A stretch of DNA of 64,000 nt from positions 1 through 64,000 of IMG/VR virus record IMGVR_UViG_3300028832_000118, one strand, 5' to 3'. A program made the translations under genes and the position numbers. The notes under the pieces were generated by a model that worked only from the letters and a program-made list of their open reading frames with translations, searched no databases and had not been told where the DNA came from. Below are positions 10,995 through 21,373 of this stretch, in pieces. How positions within the stretch are numbered: the stretch's first letter is position 1; each line of letters opens with the position of its first letter. The stretch comes from a virus (Duplodnaviria; Caudoviricetes).

Positions 10995-11352
10995 TGGTAA
11001 TGCTTGATAATGATTTCAAAATACTATCGTACCAAGGTTTTATCTCGTCTCTGTAAATCTGCGTCAGCTCTTTCATCTTTTCATTATTCATATTCGTATA
11101 GTTTTGAATATTGTAATACTGCGCAAATTCAGGGACACAAACCTTAAAGAACGAAATAGCGTCAACCACATCAAGGATTATGTAAGCACTGAAAATTCCA
11201 CTTGCAGCCATAGCACCATATCTTCCATTAGTAAGTGCCTGCTTCATACTTTCAATATCAATCAACTGACCCACATTAGGGAAATTTACAACAAAGGTTT
11301 TTTCTCCAACCTTAAACTTCTTTGCTCTTTCAATTACATTTTCGTTTTCCAT
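10978..11352 (-). CDS. Tail assembly chaperone
   Basis: Immediately after tail tube; VNFPNVGQLIDIE pattern; synteny. Confidence 0.55.
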   Translation of the reverse strand: MENENVIERAKKFKVGEKTFVVNFPNVGQLIDIESMKQALTNGRYGAMAASGIFSAYIILDVVDAISFFKVCVPEFAQYYNIQNYTNMNNEKMKELTQIYRDEIKPWYDSILKSLSSITNEQGD

Positions 11353-11354
11353 AA

Positions 11355-11396
11355 TAAAAAAAAATTAAGGGTAAAATTTTGCATTCTACCCTTAAT
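11355..11396 (-). terminator. Intrinsic terminator after tail tube gene
   Basis: Stem ATTAAGGGTA/TACCCTTAAT followed on minus strand by a long T run. Confidence 0.75.
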
Positions 11397-11425
11397 AATA
11401 ACTGTTCGCTGATAAACGCAAAACA

Positions 11426-11944
11426 TTATCTATCCTCGCTAATATCGGCTGGGTCATAAAGTACGGGTTCAAGATATTCAAATTCACTATCTCGCCCTGA
11501 AATCTGCCCTTCTTGAATATCAAAACCCTCTCTTGTTGCAAACGCTCCCTTTACAGTAGCAAACACCCTATAATCCACGTTTACAAATCCCGTATCGGGG
11601 TCAATACCCTGCGCATCCTTAACCTTTCGCAAAATATCAACCTGAAGCCCATCTTCCTGAAGCAGAATAGCGTGAGCCCAATCCGTTACGTTGCCAAGGT
11701 TTCTGAAAGTGCCTGTTTTTAACTTATTCACCAAGAGGTTGAAATTTATGCTATAAGATGAGCAGGACAAAGAGCCGCTCCATTCTACAGCAGGCAGTTC
11801 AGACGGGCAAAGCCTTCCAATACCCGAAACACGTCCACGTCTGATATTCTCGGTGATGCGCAAATTCTTCATTTTGCCAATCGGAATATCGTTGAATTTA
11901 ATCACCGCAAGCGGTGCTGTCATTACTCTTGTATTATTAGCCAT
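11426..11944 (-). CDS. Tail tube protein
   Basis: 172 aa immediately after sheath; GRVSGIGRLCPSELPAVEWSGSL, SGRDSEFEYLEP. Confidence 0.8.
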   Translation of the reverse strand: MANNTRVMTAPLAVIKFNDIPIGKMKNLRITENIRRGRVSGIGRLCPSELPAVEWSGSLSCSSYSINFNLLVNKLKTGTFRNLGNVTDWAHAILLQEDGLQVDILRKVKDAQGIDPDTGFVNVDYRVFATVKGAFATREGFDIQEGQISGRDSEFEYLEPVLYDPADISEDR

Positions 11945-11967
11945 AACTCTTTATTTTTTAATGTTAA

Positions 11968-13593
11968 TTAAAGTGTGAAATCTAAAATATTACCAATGAA
12001 GAACGTCTTATTCACGGGCACATTCGGCACAAAGTCGTAATAAATAGTATAATCGCTATTATTTACAGTTACAGTCACGTTTCTCCATCTAATGATAAGA
12101 TTATCCGCACCAACCTCAGCTACAAAGCTATTCAATTTAGTTTCGGTGAAAGTCTTAACGGATGCAGGAGAGGCTTGAGCTGCTGTAAGCCCCGTAAATC
12201 TTCTCTGAGCGTCCATGGTAATCTCTTTATTCATCTGAGCCTTTATAAGCTCTATTGAGAGCTCAAATGACTCTGAATTTTGATTCAACGTCTGCAAGTT
12301 ATCGGGATATTGAATAGTGTTTATACCCTGATTCACACACCAATAACCGCTAACATTTCTAACGTGCATAATACCCCATTTCAAAGCATTTTCACGTTCA
12401 GTTCTTGTCAAGTCATAATTAAATGCCTCATACCCAACACGCTTAAAGGTAAGCGGTGTCTGAGGTGCTAAACCAGCGTTCATTCCCATAATGCTTGCAG
12501 TAAGATAAATCGGGTAAAGCGTCTTAGTACCATTACCATCCTTTCTATCAACCTCAGGGGCGCCATGCACCACCACTACTTGATTAGAATTGTAATAAGC
12601 GGCTGTGGACTTGCTTGAATAAGCTGCTGTAGCAAATTCATTTTTATCAGCACCACCAGGCACAAACATAAACTCGGTATATTTAGCACGTGTCTTCAAG
12701 AACGTAAATAATTTACCATTACTATCTGAATCAGTAGCCTTATCAACTTTCAAATTAGTGCATAAAAAGAAAGTGATATCCATTTCTTCAACCGCCTCTA
12801 AAACTTCTGAATAATATTGTGTATCAAATATAGTAACACCACCGCTGCTCAAAGTCTCAGATTGAAGAGAAAGTGGGTTATTATTAGTAAACTCTATTTT
12901 GAATTCAGCAACCATATTCTGATTATGAATCATTTCGTCATAAAGCTCACTTGAATCAGTAAATTCACCGCTTTCATAAATAACAATAGGCTCTGCATCA
13001 CCCCAAGCAATTCCGTTAAACGCTTCGCCATCTTTGTCAGTACCAGCATAAGTGCCTTTGCGAACTTGCAGCTTAAATTTAGCTGGGTCAATCGTGCCTG
13101 CTACGATTTTAGCACTATAACCAACTTGCAGCTTACTATTTACGCTGTCGATTATGCCGTTACCAACTGTACCCTCATTTTTACATTTAAGCAATATGTC
13201 GCCATTATTGATTGAAATTTCAGCTGGGCTTGTTTTTGCTGCTCTCGCATAATAGAGCTTGGGCGCACCTGCAACACCTTCTCTTGGTGTAAAAATCTTA
13301 CGGGCAATATCGGTAACTAAACCACCACCCATAAAGTTCTCAAAATCGGTAATGTTATCAAAGGCATAAACAGATTTAATGCCTGAAGCGTTGACTCCCA
13401 TAACGCCAGCCCCTCCTGCAAACTCCACTTGAGCGTTATCGCTATTGTGGTCGTCAAGGGATAAACCTGTGTCAATAATCATAACATTACCAAATTCCGC
13501 TACGTTTACCACCGAATGAGGAGAATATCTCATAGCGGCATAAGAGCCAGGCTCAATACAGCGTCTGCCGAAAAAATTTACTACTGTTGCCAT
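11968..13593 (-). CDS. Tail sheath protein
   Basis: 541 aa; GLAPQTPLTFKR, LKWGIMHV..VNQGINT and C-terminal sheath pattern. Confidence 0.88.
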   Translation of the reverse strand: MATVVNFFGRRCIEPGSYAAMRYSPHSVVNVAEFGNVMIIDTGLSLDDHNSDNAQVEFAGGAGVMGVNASGIKSVYAFDNITDFENFMGGGLVTDIARKIFTPREGVAGAPKLYYARAAKTSPAEISINNGDILLKCKNEGTVGNGIIDSVNSKLQVGYSAKIVAGTIDPAKFKLQVRKGTYAGTDKDGEAFNGIAWGDAEPIVIYESGEFTDSSELYDEMIHNQNMVAEFKIEFTNNNPLSLQSETLSSGGVTIFDTQYYSEVLEAVEEMDITFFLCTNLKVDKATDSDSNGKLFTFLKTRAKYTEFMFVPGGADKNEFATAAYSSKSTAAYYNSNQVVVVHGAPEVDRKDGNGTKTLYPIYLTASIMGMNAGLAPQTPLTFKRVGYEAFNYDLTRTERENALKWGIMHVRNVSGYWCVNQGINTIQYPDNLQTLNQNSESFELSIELIKAQMNKEITMDAQRRFTGLTAAQASPASVKTFTETKLNSFVAEVGADNLIIRWRNVTVTVNNSDYTIYYDFVPNVPVNKTFFIGNILDFTL

Positions 13594-13626
13594 AATTTTT
13601 ATTTTTTTATTTTATAATATTTGTTT

Positions 13627-14301
13627 TCATTTGTTTTCTATCGGTCGCAATACGATTTTGATATTTTTTGCAATCTTTTCAACCGCAAATTTAGGGACAA
13701 TATGTTCATACTTAAAGGTGATGTTTAATACCTTATGAAATATTGGCACCTCCGCTAAATCATCCTGCATCACTATATCGTTACCTGAAAATGTAGGCAC
13801 TCGCAACCCCATCAATTCTATTTGCGGTACAAGAACTAAAAGCATTGACTTCAAGATATTGTAGATTACATTCACTTCTACGTTATTCATTGAAGTAATC
13901 ATTATTTGGTAGGTGCTTTCAAACATCTGAGACAGATATTGTTGCACCCCTATTTTTTCACCATCCTCATAAACATCCTCCTCTATATATCCTTCATCCT
14001 CCCCTATCGGACTTGTTGCACGTTCATTGGGCAGTAGGATATGCAACGATGCTAATTTAGCCACTTTAATATTGTAGCCAAAATTAACGCTTAAATTCTG
14101 CGGATTTTCAATCATCTTCTTTGCCTGAGTAAAATAGTTATAGAGGTTCATTTTAATAGGCTCTCCAGCCTCATCAACACCTAATATCTTATACAAAAAA
14201 GTATCGGTGTCGGCATTACTGCTCAAATCCTCACGCAAAAATTTTACAATTTTCGTAAGCAAATCATAAATAACAACCTCAGGCAGTAATATTCCACTCA
14301 T
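13627..14301 (-). CDS. Tail completion/terminator-like protein
   Basis: Upstream of sheath; SLHILLPNE motif; synteny. Confidence 0.55.
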   Translation of the reverse strand: MSGILLPEVVIYDLLTKIVKFLREDLSSNADTDTFLYKILGVDEAGEPIKMNLYNYFTQAKKMIENPQNLSVNFGYNIKVAKLASLHILLPNERATSPIGEDEGYIEEDVYEDGEKIGVQQYLSQMFESTYQIMITSMNNVEVNVIYNILKSMLLVLVPQIELMGLRVPTFSGNDIVMQDDLAEVPIFHKVLNITFKYEHIVPKFAVEKIAKNIKIVLRPIENK

Positions 14302-15134
14302 AACACTTCAAATGAAATTCCACGATATTTAGATTTCAAATAAGGCAGGCTATTATTCAGCTCGTCAATATAGGTCTTAACCCTCCCAGCAAACAAGCCG
14401 CCCTGAGCACTGCGTGTAAGAGGTGTAGATTGACTAACTCCATCTAATGATAGCTGAATAGAGGCAAGCCCCACCCCGTATAGAATATCACCAATAATAT
14501 TCAAAACATTTATAGCTGCAAACTTACACACGAAATCAAGCAAATCAGCAGGCACTTTATCCCATCCCGTAATATACCTCATGCGCCAATAGTTTGGTAT
14601 ATAGTTCTGCCCAAACCATCCAAGATGGGGACTAATACCATTATATATCAAAGAATTTTGAGTCATATGCGCCCCCTCTTTGCTTCCCGTGTTAGGTATA
14701 AGGTAAACATTACGATATACGGCTGTTTGCTCCTGTTTTTTTATGCTCAACCATTCTTTCGGGTAGGTAATCTGACAAACGTCATTTATCCAACCTTCAA
14801 GATTATCAATGTAAGCCACTGGATACATTGTCCGTATAAAACCCCACGACATAAAATCCTGACGTTCAAAATCCCTATTCTCTTCAATGACTTGTTTTTT
14901 TAGTTTGATATTTAACAGATTTTCTACGTTACGCTGAGCGGCCAAGATGTGCTGCTGTAGAGCGTTAGTGGAAATCCGTCTGCCGTCATTTGAACAAAGA
15001 GGGATGGCAAAAAGATAGTTTTCTATCAATTCGCTCGGTGATATGATAATCTCCGAATTAATGTTATAGGGTATTTTTAAGGACAGTGTATCCATAGCTA
15101 TACAATGGGTTTTTAGCCTATTCCTCGCTGTCAA
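14298..15134 (-). CDS. Head completion/neck adaptor protein
   Basis: RMRYITGWDKVPADLL and GLASIQLSLDGVSQS adaptor-type motifs; downstream of capsid. Confidence 0.65.
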   Translation of the reverse strand: MTARNRLKTHCIAMDTLSLKIPYNINSEIIISPSELIENYLFAIPLCSNDGRRISTNALQQHILAAQRNVENLLNIKLKKQVIEENRDFERQDFMSWGFIRTMYPVAYIDNLEGWINDVCQITYPKEWLSIKKQEQTAVYRNVYLIPNTGSKEGAHMTQNSLIYNGISPHLGWFGQNYIPNYWRMRYITGWDKVPADLLDFVCKFAAINVLNIIGDILYGVGLASIQLSLDGVSQSTPLTRSAQGGLFAGRVKTYIDELNNSLPYLKSKYRGISFEVL

Positions 15135-15489
15135 ATTTATCCAGCAGGTAATTAACCATAGCTTTTTTAGTAGTAATTGAATTCACCTCGTTTTCATCGC
15201 ATCCTGACTCAATGGCAAACTTTTTCAGCTCGTCAAACTTTTTAAGTCTGATGCTTTTTTCAAATTCAGCTCTTTCATCTACTTCGGTTTCCGCTTCGGC
15301 TTCAGGCTCTGATACCTCTGCTTCGGTTTCTGCTTCAGCTTCTGCGTATTTCCAAGAATTAGTTTTTTCAACCATTATCTTTGCACAATTCTCGCTAACA
15401 TCTGCAATACCATTAGCATCAATTTCAATCAGCCCGTCAATCGGGACTACCAATTTTGCATTTTTAATATTTTCAGTCTTAATTTTCAT
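15118..15489 (-). CDS. Hypothetical protein with acidic EAEAETE linker
   Basis: 123 aa directly after capsid terminator. Confidence 0.55.
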   Translation of the reverse strand: MKIKTENIKNAKLVVPIDGLIEIDANGIADVSENCAKIMVEKTNSWKYAEAEAETEAEVSEPEAEAETEVDERAEFEKSIRLKKFDELKKFAIESGCDENEVNSITTKKAMVNYLLDKFDSEE

Positions 15490-15515
15490 AACTTTATTTT
15501 TTTAGGTTTTTAATT

Positions 15516-15557
15516 AACAAAAATAGGGAGCAGATTTTCCAACCCCCTCCCTATTTT
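15516..15557 (-). terminator. Intrinsic terminator after major capsid gene
   Basis: 11 bp stem AAAATAGGGAG/CTCCCTATTTT then T-rich tail on minus strand. Confidence 0.8.
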
Positions 15558-15574
15558 CAAAATTCGCTTTACAA

Positions 15575-17059
15575 TTAGTTACGGCCAATGTTGATAATAC
15601 GCACCATTTTCTTAGGGGCATACAAGAACGGGGTACCATAAAGCAAAATCATAAAGCGGAAGGCAGGCGACAGCACAGCCAAATCCATCTTCATAAGAGG
15701 AGCAAGCTGAGCAAACTCCACAACCTCGTTGTCAAACTGCAAAAGCATTGCTTGGTCGCAATCGGGCAAAAATCTGTTTCGGTCGCGGACATCGCCAGGA
15801 GTACCTGATTGACCGCCATCGTAACCAGCGGCTACATCAGCTACAGATACCTCAAACAACGGGAAGAATTCAGTGGTATTAGCGGCATCCTTACGGGTGC
15901 GGTAAATTCTATAACCAGTAGCTCCATAAGTACCACCGCCATCGGTAATAGTAATATCAGCAGCACCGCCAGCAACAACTGCAACAGGGCTTGCGGAAAT
16001 TGCCATAGAGCTTTCACCAAAGCGGTTAAGAGCGACTACACCATAGTAATAATTACCAGCATCAATAGAAGCCCATTTAGCGGCTGCATCCGTTGTAACA
16101 GCTGCAACAGTGATAGAAGGAGCGTTGGGGGCTTTCTGCGAGGTAGCGGCTGAACCACTGGTCTTGGAGGGCAGTTTCTTGAAAAAGATGTCGTGATTCA
16201 AACCAATCTGACCGAACTGAGAGTCAAATGCCTGAACACGCTGACCCATAATACCCTTTTCAAGTGAAGGACTATTCGGCACAATGAACTTGTTGCCATA
16301 AAAGTTTTTCACAAAATTGCTTAAAACAGCGGGCGGGGCATAAAGCTGAGTTGCCAAGCCGTAATTCTCTACGATGCTATTAGCACCGCTCTCAATGTGA
16401 GTTTCTGCAAGTTGAGCACCACGGGCGTCAATGACGTTTTCACTATTCATATAGTCGCCATAGTTAGCCCAAGCGTCAGACTGCTGCTGCTGTGCCAAGA
16501 AGCCGTTGAACTGCTCAGGGACAATTTTTTCATTGCCGAAATACAAGCCCTGATTCAAGGCACGCAAAATCCACATTGTACCATCCTTAATAGAACGCTC
16601 CATAATAGAGCCTACCATCGTGTGAACGAGCTGCATCTGATGGGTAACGCTCTTGGTAACACCAAGATACTTAACCAACTGAGCTCTACGCACGAATGTT
16701 GAATCCTCTTCTTCAGGTAGCTCACCCTCTCGGTTCCAACCTCCACGATTGGCACCATATGACGTCTGCTGATTGTACTCTTCAACAGTGTTGTAGGCAG
16801 GCTTTTTCGGGATGTCTTTCCAAAGACGAATATCACTCTCACGGAAGGTGAGGTGCTTGAGGGTTTTTTCCAATGACTCAACTTTCAAAGGCGCACCGCT
16901 GGCAGTCGTAAGGTCGGTGGTATCACGGCCAGTAATCTGCTCAGCTGCGAGAGCCTTGTTAAGTTGGTCAAGATTTTCACTACTGCCAACGCCCATAAAT
17001 GAACCAGGCTGGTCGGCTGCATATCCGTAATCGGATAAATTGATTGATAATCTTTCCAT
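15575..17059 (-). CDS. Major capsid protein (SPO1/Twort/A511-type)
   Basis: GAPLKVESLEKTLKHLTF, IPKKPAYNTVEEY, LAPLMKMDLAV, MILLYGTPFLYAPKK match this capsid family; codon usage distinct, consistent with high expression. Confidence 0.92.
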   Translation of the reverse strand: MERLSINLSDYGYAADQPGSFMGVGSSENLDQLNKALAAEQITGRDTTDLTTASGAPLKVESLEKTLKHLTFRESDIRLWKDIPKKPAYNTVEEYNQQTSYGANRGGWNREGELPEEEDSTFVRRAQLVKYLGVTKSVTHQMQLVHTMVGSIMERSIKDGTMWILRALNQGLYFGNEKIVPEQFNGFLAQQQQSDAWANYGDYMNSENVIDARGAQLAETHIESGANSIVENYGLATQLYAPPAVLSNFVKNFYGNKFIVPNSPSLEKGIMGQRVQAFDSQFGQIGLNHDIFFKKLPSKTSGSAATSQKAPNAPSITVAAVTTDAAAKWASIDAGNYYYGVVALNRFGESSMAISASPVAVVAGGAADITITDGGGTYGATGYRIYRTRKDAANTTEFFPLFEVSVADVAAGYDGGQSGTPGDVRDRNRFLPDCDQAMLLQFDNEVVEFAQLAPLMKMDLAVLSPAFRFMILLYGTPFLYAPKKMVRIINIGRN

Positions 17060-17084
17060 ACTTTTATTGTTTTATAAAGGTTAA

Positions 17085-18503
17085 TTATTTTGTAATTTGG
17101 ATTCCAAACTCGGTCTGCAATCTCTTTGCAACATCAGCAGGCATAATTCCACTGCTTTCAAACTGCGTACAGGCATGGCTGAATTGAGCGTCATAACCCT
17201 TTGCGAATGTTGCTTGGTCAAGGATGTCCACGATTTTGCGCTTATCACGGCTAATGCTCAAAGCGTTTACATTGCCAGCTTCACCGCCCATCGGCTCTGT
17301 GTCATTACCCTTTTGGAATGCACGTTCCACAGGTCTTGCGTGGCTGATAGATTTAGGGGCAGGGACTTCAGCTCCAAAGGCTTCAATCGCACTTCGCAAT
17401 TCACTAATAGTTTCATCCTGAGCCTTAACAAGCTCTTCCAAAGCCGTGAATTTTGAATTATTATCTTTAATTATGCTTCCAATAGCTTTGAAGTATTTTT
17501 CATTAATGGCGTGGGATGTTGCAATAGCCTTTGAAATATTTGAGATTTCAGACTTTTTGATTTTCTTGATGCCACAGCCCTCTTCAATCTCATCGTCTTC
17601 ATCGTCATTATTATCGGTTTTTTTAGGCTCTTTTTCCTCAACCTCCTCTTCCATTTCTTCTTCTACCTCTTCAGCCTTTTCAGCTTCATCGTCATTTTCA
17701 TCATCCTCCGCTTCGGGATTTTTCTTGCCAAAATCATCGTCATCGTCTGCTTTTTCCAAGCCCAAGGCTTCATAAGCCTTTTCGATGTCTTCATTTGTAA
17801 TCATTCTCTTTTTCATACGTGAAAGTTTTGTTATTAAATTTTCTATTTGTATTGCTTTATCAATGCTAATACCTGGAATGTCGTGAAAAATTCTATCGTA
17901 AACCTCGCCTTTGGATAAAAAATTTAACTGCGGCTGAGCTTCTTCGGTTTCATGCTCATCCATATCCTCTATATCTGTATCGGTTTCACCCTTTATAATA
18001 TTTGCAAAAGTTTTAGGATTTTTGGGCATATGGGTAATAGCAACGCCAGTTATCACCGCTTTCTTAACGTGATTGTATCTTGGGTCGTTCTTGTCATCGC
18101 TCTCCCTCTCTAACACCTTACCTTCAATAGAAAAACCAAGCCGCCTCGTTTTGCTATTTTTTTCAAGCGTTTCGGCTAAATTATAAACGTCATTAGCAAT
18201 CTTGCTATCAGGGTAGAGGTCTGCTTCAAGATATAAACCACGTTTATCAATCTTAACATTTATCGGCTCTCCTATAATGGCGCTTGGGTCATTCTTTGCC
18301 TGATGATGCCAATTTACCACTCCCCTTTCTACAAGAGGGGAAATATCAAAACCTGCTGGGTCCAAAAATTCTCCATCGCTATCCTCATCAGCAGTAGAGG
18401 CAATTCCCCCAAGCTTCATTTTTTTAGGCTTTCCCGTCAATGGGTCAAGCTCGGACTTTTGAATTTCAACGGGACACCAAAAATTAAAATTCTTTGCTTC
18501 CAT
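17085..18503 (-). CDS. Prohead protease fused to scaffold
   Basis: GGIASTADEDSDGE, VNWHH, LGFSIEG protease motifs then acidic coiled-coil scaffold; directly upstream of capsid. Confidence 0.85.
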   Translation of the reverse strand: MEAKNFNFWCPVEIQKSELDPLTGKPKKMKLGGIASTADEDSDGEFLDPAGFDISPLVERGVVNWHHQAKNDPSAIIGEPINVKIDKRGLYLEADLYPDSKIANDVYNLAETLEKNSKTRRLGFSIEGKVLERESDDKNDPRYNHVKKAVITGVAITHMPKNPKTFANIIKGETDTDIEDMDEHETEEAQPQLNFLSKGEVYDRIFHDIPGISIDKAIQIENLITKLSRMKKRMITNEDIEKAYEALGLEKADDDDDFGKKNPEAEDDENDDEAEKAEEVEEEMEEEVEEKEPKKTDNNDDEDDEIEEGCGIKKIKKSEISNISKAIATSHAINEKYFKAIGSIIKDNNSKFTALEELVKAQDETISELRSAIEAFGAEVPAPKSISHARPVERAFQKGNDTEPMGGEAGNVNALSISRDKRKIVDILDQATFAKGYDAQFSHACTQFESSGIMPADVAKRLQTEFGIQITK

Positions 18504-18505
18504 TT

Positions 18506-18880
18506 CTAAAAAAGATTATCTATTGATTTAATATTCAAATGTGCCATTGTGATGCAATTCTTATCCATATACCTTGTTAATAGGTCGGCTTTTTTTGAAT
18601 TTTCTAATTTGAAAAAATCACCTAAATAACCGCTATTCTCCAAGTAATCTATAAAACCGCTTTCAATAGCTTCCATATTTTGCGCAATAGCTACTGACTC
18701 CCTGAACCAAAGGGAGCAATCCTCCAGCATCATTTTGCCGTACAATTCTTTATCCCATTCGCTCTGCTGATATTCCTTAACAATTGGGAAATCTCCACTA
18801 AATGGAATATATCTACTCGGTTTTTTCAAAAATAAATATCCTGCTGAATTAGCAGCCGCCTTTGATACAATCTGACTCAT
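18506..18880 (-). CDS. Hypothetical protein
   Basis: 124 aa ORF between cargo gene and protease. Confidence 0.55.
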   Translation of the reverse strand: MSQIVSKAAANSAGYLFLKKPSRYIPFSGDFPIVKEYQQSEWDKELYGKMMLEDCSLWFRESVAIAQNMEAIESGFIDYLENSGYLGDFFKLENSKKADLLTRYMDKNCITMAHLNIKSIDNLF

Positions 18881-18884
18881 AATA

Positions 18885-21353
18885 CTAAATATTCCAATTT
18901 ACATTATCATTAATTATTAACTTGCTTCGGTTTAAGATTACAACAAATCCATTTCCTTCACCATTACCATCTTTTACGTGTATTCCATCGTACCCCTTTA
19001 ATGCCGCATATAAACCCAATCCCTCTTTTCTGTATTTGTTTTTATAAGAGTCATAAATGGCATGATAGATATTTTTCTTTACATCTAAACTTTTAGTCGG
19101 GTTTCTGAGCTCATCAAGTTCATTGCTTTTAGCTGTACGCTCAGAAGTTAATTTGCTTCGTTTGTCCATAAGTTTCTGCATACCGACATTAGAATTTGAC
19201 AACGCATCCTCTTTTGCTTTTTGCGCAAACTTTACATGCACTCTTTCAAACCAATCATTAAATCTGCTAACCGCATAATTATAATGAGGCAACACGTTAT
19301 TTTTTCTCTTTATAGAGCTTGGCCCATCGTACTGATAATTAGATATTGAAAACTCCTCATCGCTATTAGGCAACGTAAATACATATACACCTTTTTTTTG
19401 AGTTATCGTACCTCCGTTAGCTTTAATAAGTCCAGCCATTTCTTTGCCTACAAAATCATCAAACTTCGGGATGTCCCTATCGCCAAACGCATTTACAGCC
19501 CCCCAATCGGTATTTTCTTCAACAATAGAATAAGCCTTCCAAGCTTTTTCGTCATAATGAATATCCTTATAAGTATCTTCAATTACTTTATTGTTGTAAT
19601 TATTTATACTCTTGTTTATGGCATTTAATTTGCTGTCAATAGCATTCAATTCCCCCTCACACTTATTCACCGCTATCTTATCGGTAGCAACTAAATTCAA
19701 AACCTCATTTTTTATATCGTCATATTCCGCCATAGCGAAATCGTCAGGCAGTGCCATTTTAACAATAGCACCTAATCCAACACCTCCGTCATGCGCATAC
19801 TTTATAGCGTGTTTATACGCTCCAGTTTTATCGTAATTAGATTTAGTTTGATTGTTTATATTATCGTTATTATCATTTATATGAGCGTAAACTCCACCAC
19901 CATATACCCCCTGGGTACCATAGTAGCACTTATCTTGATATAAGAGGGAATCAACCGCCTCCTCAATCGTTATTTTGCCCTTGTTGCTATTATTACGATT
20001 ATCGGGGGAAAGTCCACGCAAAATCTGCACAAATTTACCATCTTTAATTCCCTTATCAACTACATCCCAATATTCTTTATCTGAAACAACCTTACCTCTC
20101 GCATTAAAACCTCTCATCTTACATACCTCAGAAATAGCTAACCAGCCAGTTCCAGGCTCAGTTTTCATAATCTTCATAAATGGGTCATCGGTACGGCATA
20201 TTTTCGTAATCTTATCCCAAACATCGTTCAACTCCTGCTCGGTAAATTCACGATACATATCCTTTTCAGGCATCAATTTTCTTGGTAAAACTTTGCGCTT
20301 TCCAAAATTCTTTCTTGCATCAATATCGTTAATAATATCATCTAAATTGTCAATTCTTTGCGCAATAGTTTTAGACAATTCATCTTCACCAACCTCCTTT
20401 AAGTATCCAACTAAATCACCCTTCTTTTTCCTAATCTCTGCTATCTGCTTTTTAACATCGTCATCAGTCAATACGTCTGCAAGTGATTTATTGGCTATCT
20501 GCATGGACTTGAACGTGGATAAAATATCCCCATCAAATACCTTCTGAGCACCATGCGCACGAAAATTCAAAGTACCTCCGTTATCAACATGTACAACATT
20601 GCCCTTTGAATCAATCAAGCAATTATCGTTATTAGCGTAAGCATCCCAATTAGCAAACAAACAATCAATAATAAACGTGTCTTTGAGTTTTTGATAATCG
20701 TTTGAATTAAATGGACGTGCATTATAAATAAATTTGCTCAGAAGCACAGCAGTACCATTATCATCATAAAGTTGATATTTAGGCACTTTTACGCCAGCAA
20801 TGCTATAAAGCTGATTAGCTAAATATTCATTGATTACGTGGTCATTGTTTGTATTTCTGTTAGTACCCTTCTTTTTTATATACTGATTGCCCTTAACATC
20901 CTCTACCAACTCCGCTCCCGTGCTGCCGCCTATATTTTGTTTAATTACTTTAAGGGATTTCAGGTCAATCGGAAACATATCATTAACCTGCTTTTCTAAA
21001 TCAGCAATTACCTTGGGTGGGAGTGTACTGCCCCTGCCTATATTTTTGTTAGCAACGTGCCAAGCGTACTGCGTTTGGGAGCCTGACTTGGTACGTGACC
21101 AAACATAAAGAACTCCATCAATAACTTTCGTATCTCCTGGCACAATAGCCTTACAAAGCTCCGTATCTTGTTCCAAGCCGTTTAATTGGTCATTTAGGGA
21201 CTTGGAGAGTATAAGCTGGTACATATAATCGTCTTCAAATCCAGTGCGCTGTTTATAGGTATTACAAGCCTTAACCAACATATCGGTAGAAACATAGCCC
21301 TCAGAGTGTCCAAGGGCTATCGTGTCTAATGATTTAAGTAAGTTTTCAGACAT
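18885..21353 (-). CDS. Putative virion-packaged effector: Trp module + PI3K/HipA-like kinase + ADP-ribosyltransferase-like domain
   Basis: Kinase: GGSTGA..YIKK, NEYLANQLY, ANWD..NNDN, VHVDNGG; ART-like: LRG, GVYGGGVY, KYA, GYDGI..VVILN. Confidence 0.65.
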   Translation of the reverse strand: MSENLLKSLDTIALGHSEGYVSTDMLVKACNTYKQRTGFEDDYMYQLILSKSLNDQLNGLEQDTELCKAIVPGDTKVIDGVLYVWSRTKSGSQTQYAWHVANKNIGRGSTLPPKVIADLEKQVNDMFPIDLKSLKVIKQNIGGSTGAELVEDVKGNQYIKKKGTNRNTNNDHVINEYLANQLYSIAGVKVPKYQLYDDNGTAVLLSKFIYNARPFNSNDYQKLKDTFIIDCLFANWDAYANNDNCLIDSKGNVVHVDNGGTLNFRAHGAQKVFDGDILSTFKSMQIANKSLADVLTDDDVKKQIAEIRKKKGDLVGYLKEVGEDELSKTIAQRIDNLDDIINDIDARKNFGKRKVLPRKLMPEKDMYREFTEQELNDVWDKITKICRTDDPFMKIMKTEPGTGWLAISEVCKMRGFNARGKVVSDKEYWDVVDKGIKDGKFVQILRGLSPDNRNNSNKGKITIEEAVDSLLYQDKCYYGTQGVYGGGVYAHINDNNDNINNQTKSNYDKTGAYKHAIKYAHDGGVGLGAIVKMALPDDFAMAEYDDIKNEVLNLVATDKIAVNKCEGELNAIDSKLNAINKSINNYNNKVIEDTYKDIHYDEKAWKAYSIVEENTDWGAVNAFGDRDIPKFDDFVGKEMAGLIKANGGTITQKKGVYVFTLPNSDEEFSISNYQYDGPSSIKRKNNVLPHYNYAVSRFNDWFERVHVKFAQKAKEDALSNSNVGMQKLMDKRSKLTSERTAKSNELDELRNPTKSLDVKKNIYHAIYDSYKNKYRKEGLGLYAALKGYDGIHVKDGNGEGNGFVVILNRSKLIINDNVNWNI

Positions 21354-21373
21354 AATCTTAACTTTTATTGTTT

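Noticed and set aside
10674-11352. Programmed -1 frameshift between tail chaperones
   Set aside because: The downstream ORF is in the +1 frame, has its own ATG, and I saw no canonical heptamer in the shared open stretch.
15280-15350. EAEAETE low-complexity repeat
   Set aside because: Ordinary acidic linker with degenerate codons.
15780-16160. Extra beta-sandwich insertion in capsid as a novelty
   Set aside because: A comparable insertion is, to my recollection, normal for SPO1/Twort-type capsid proteins.
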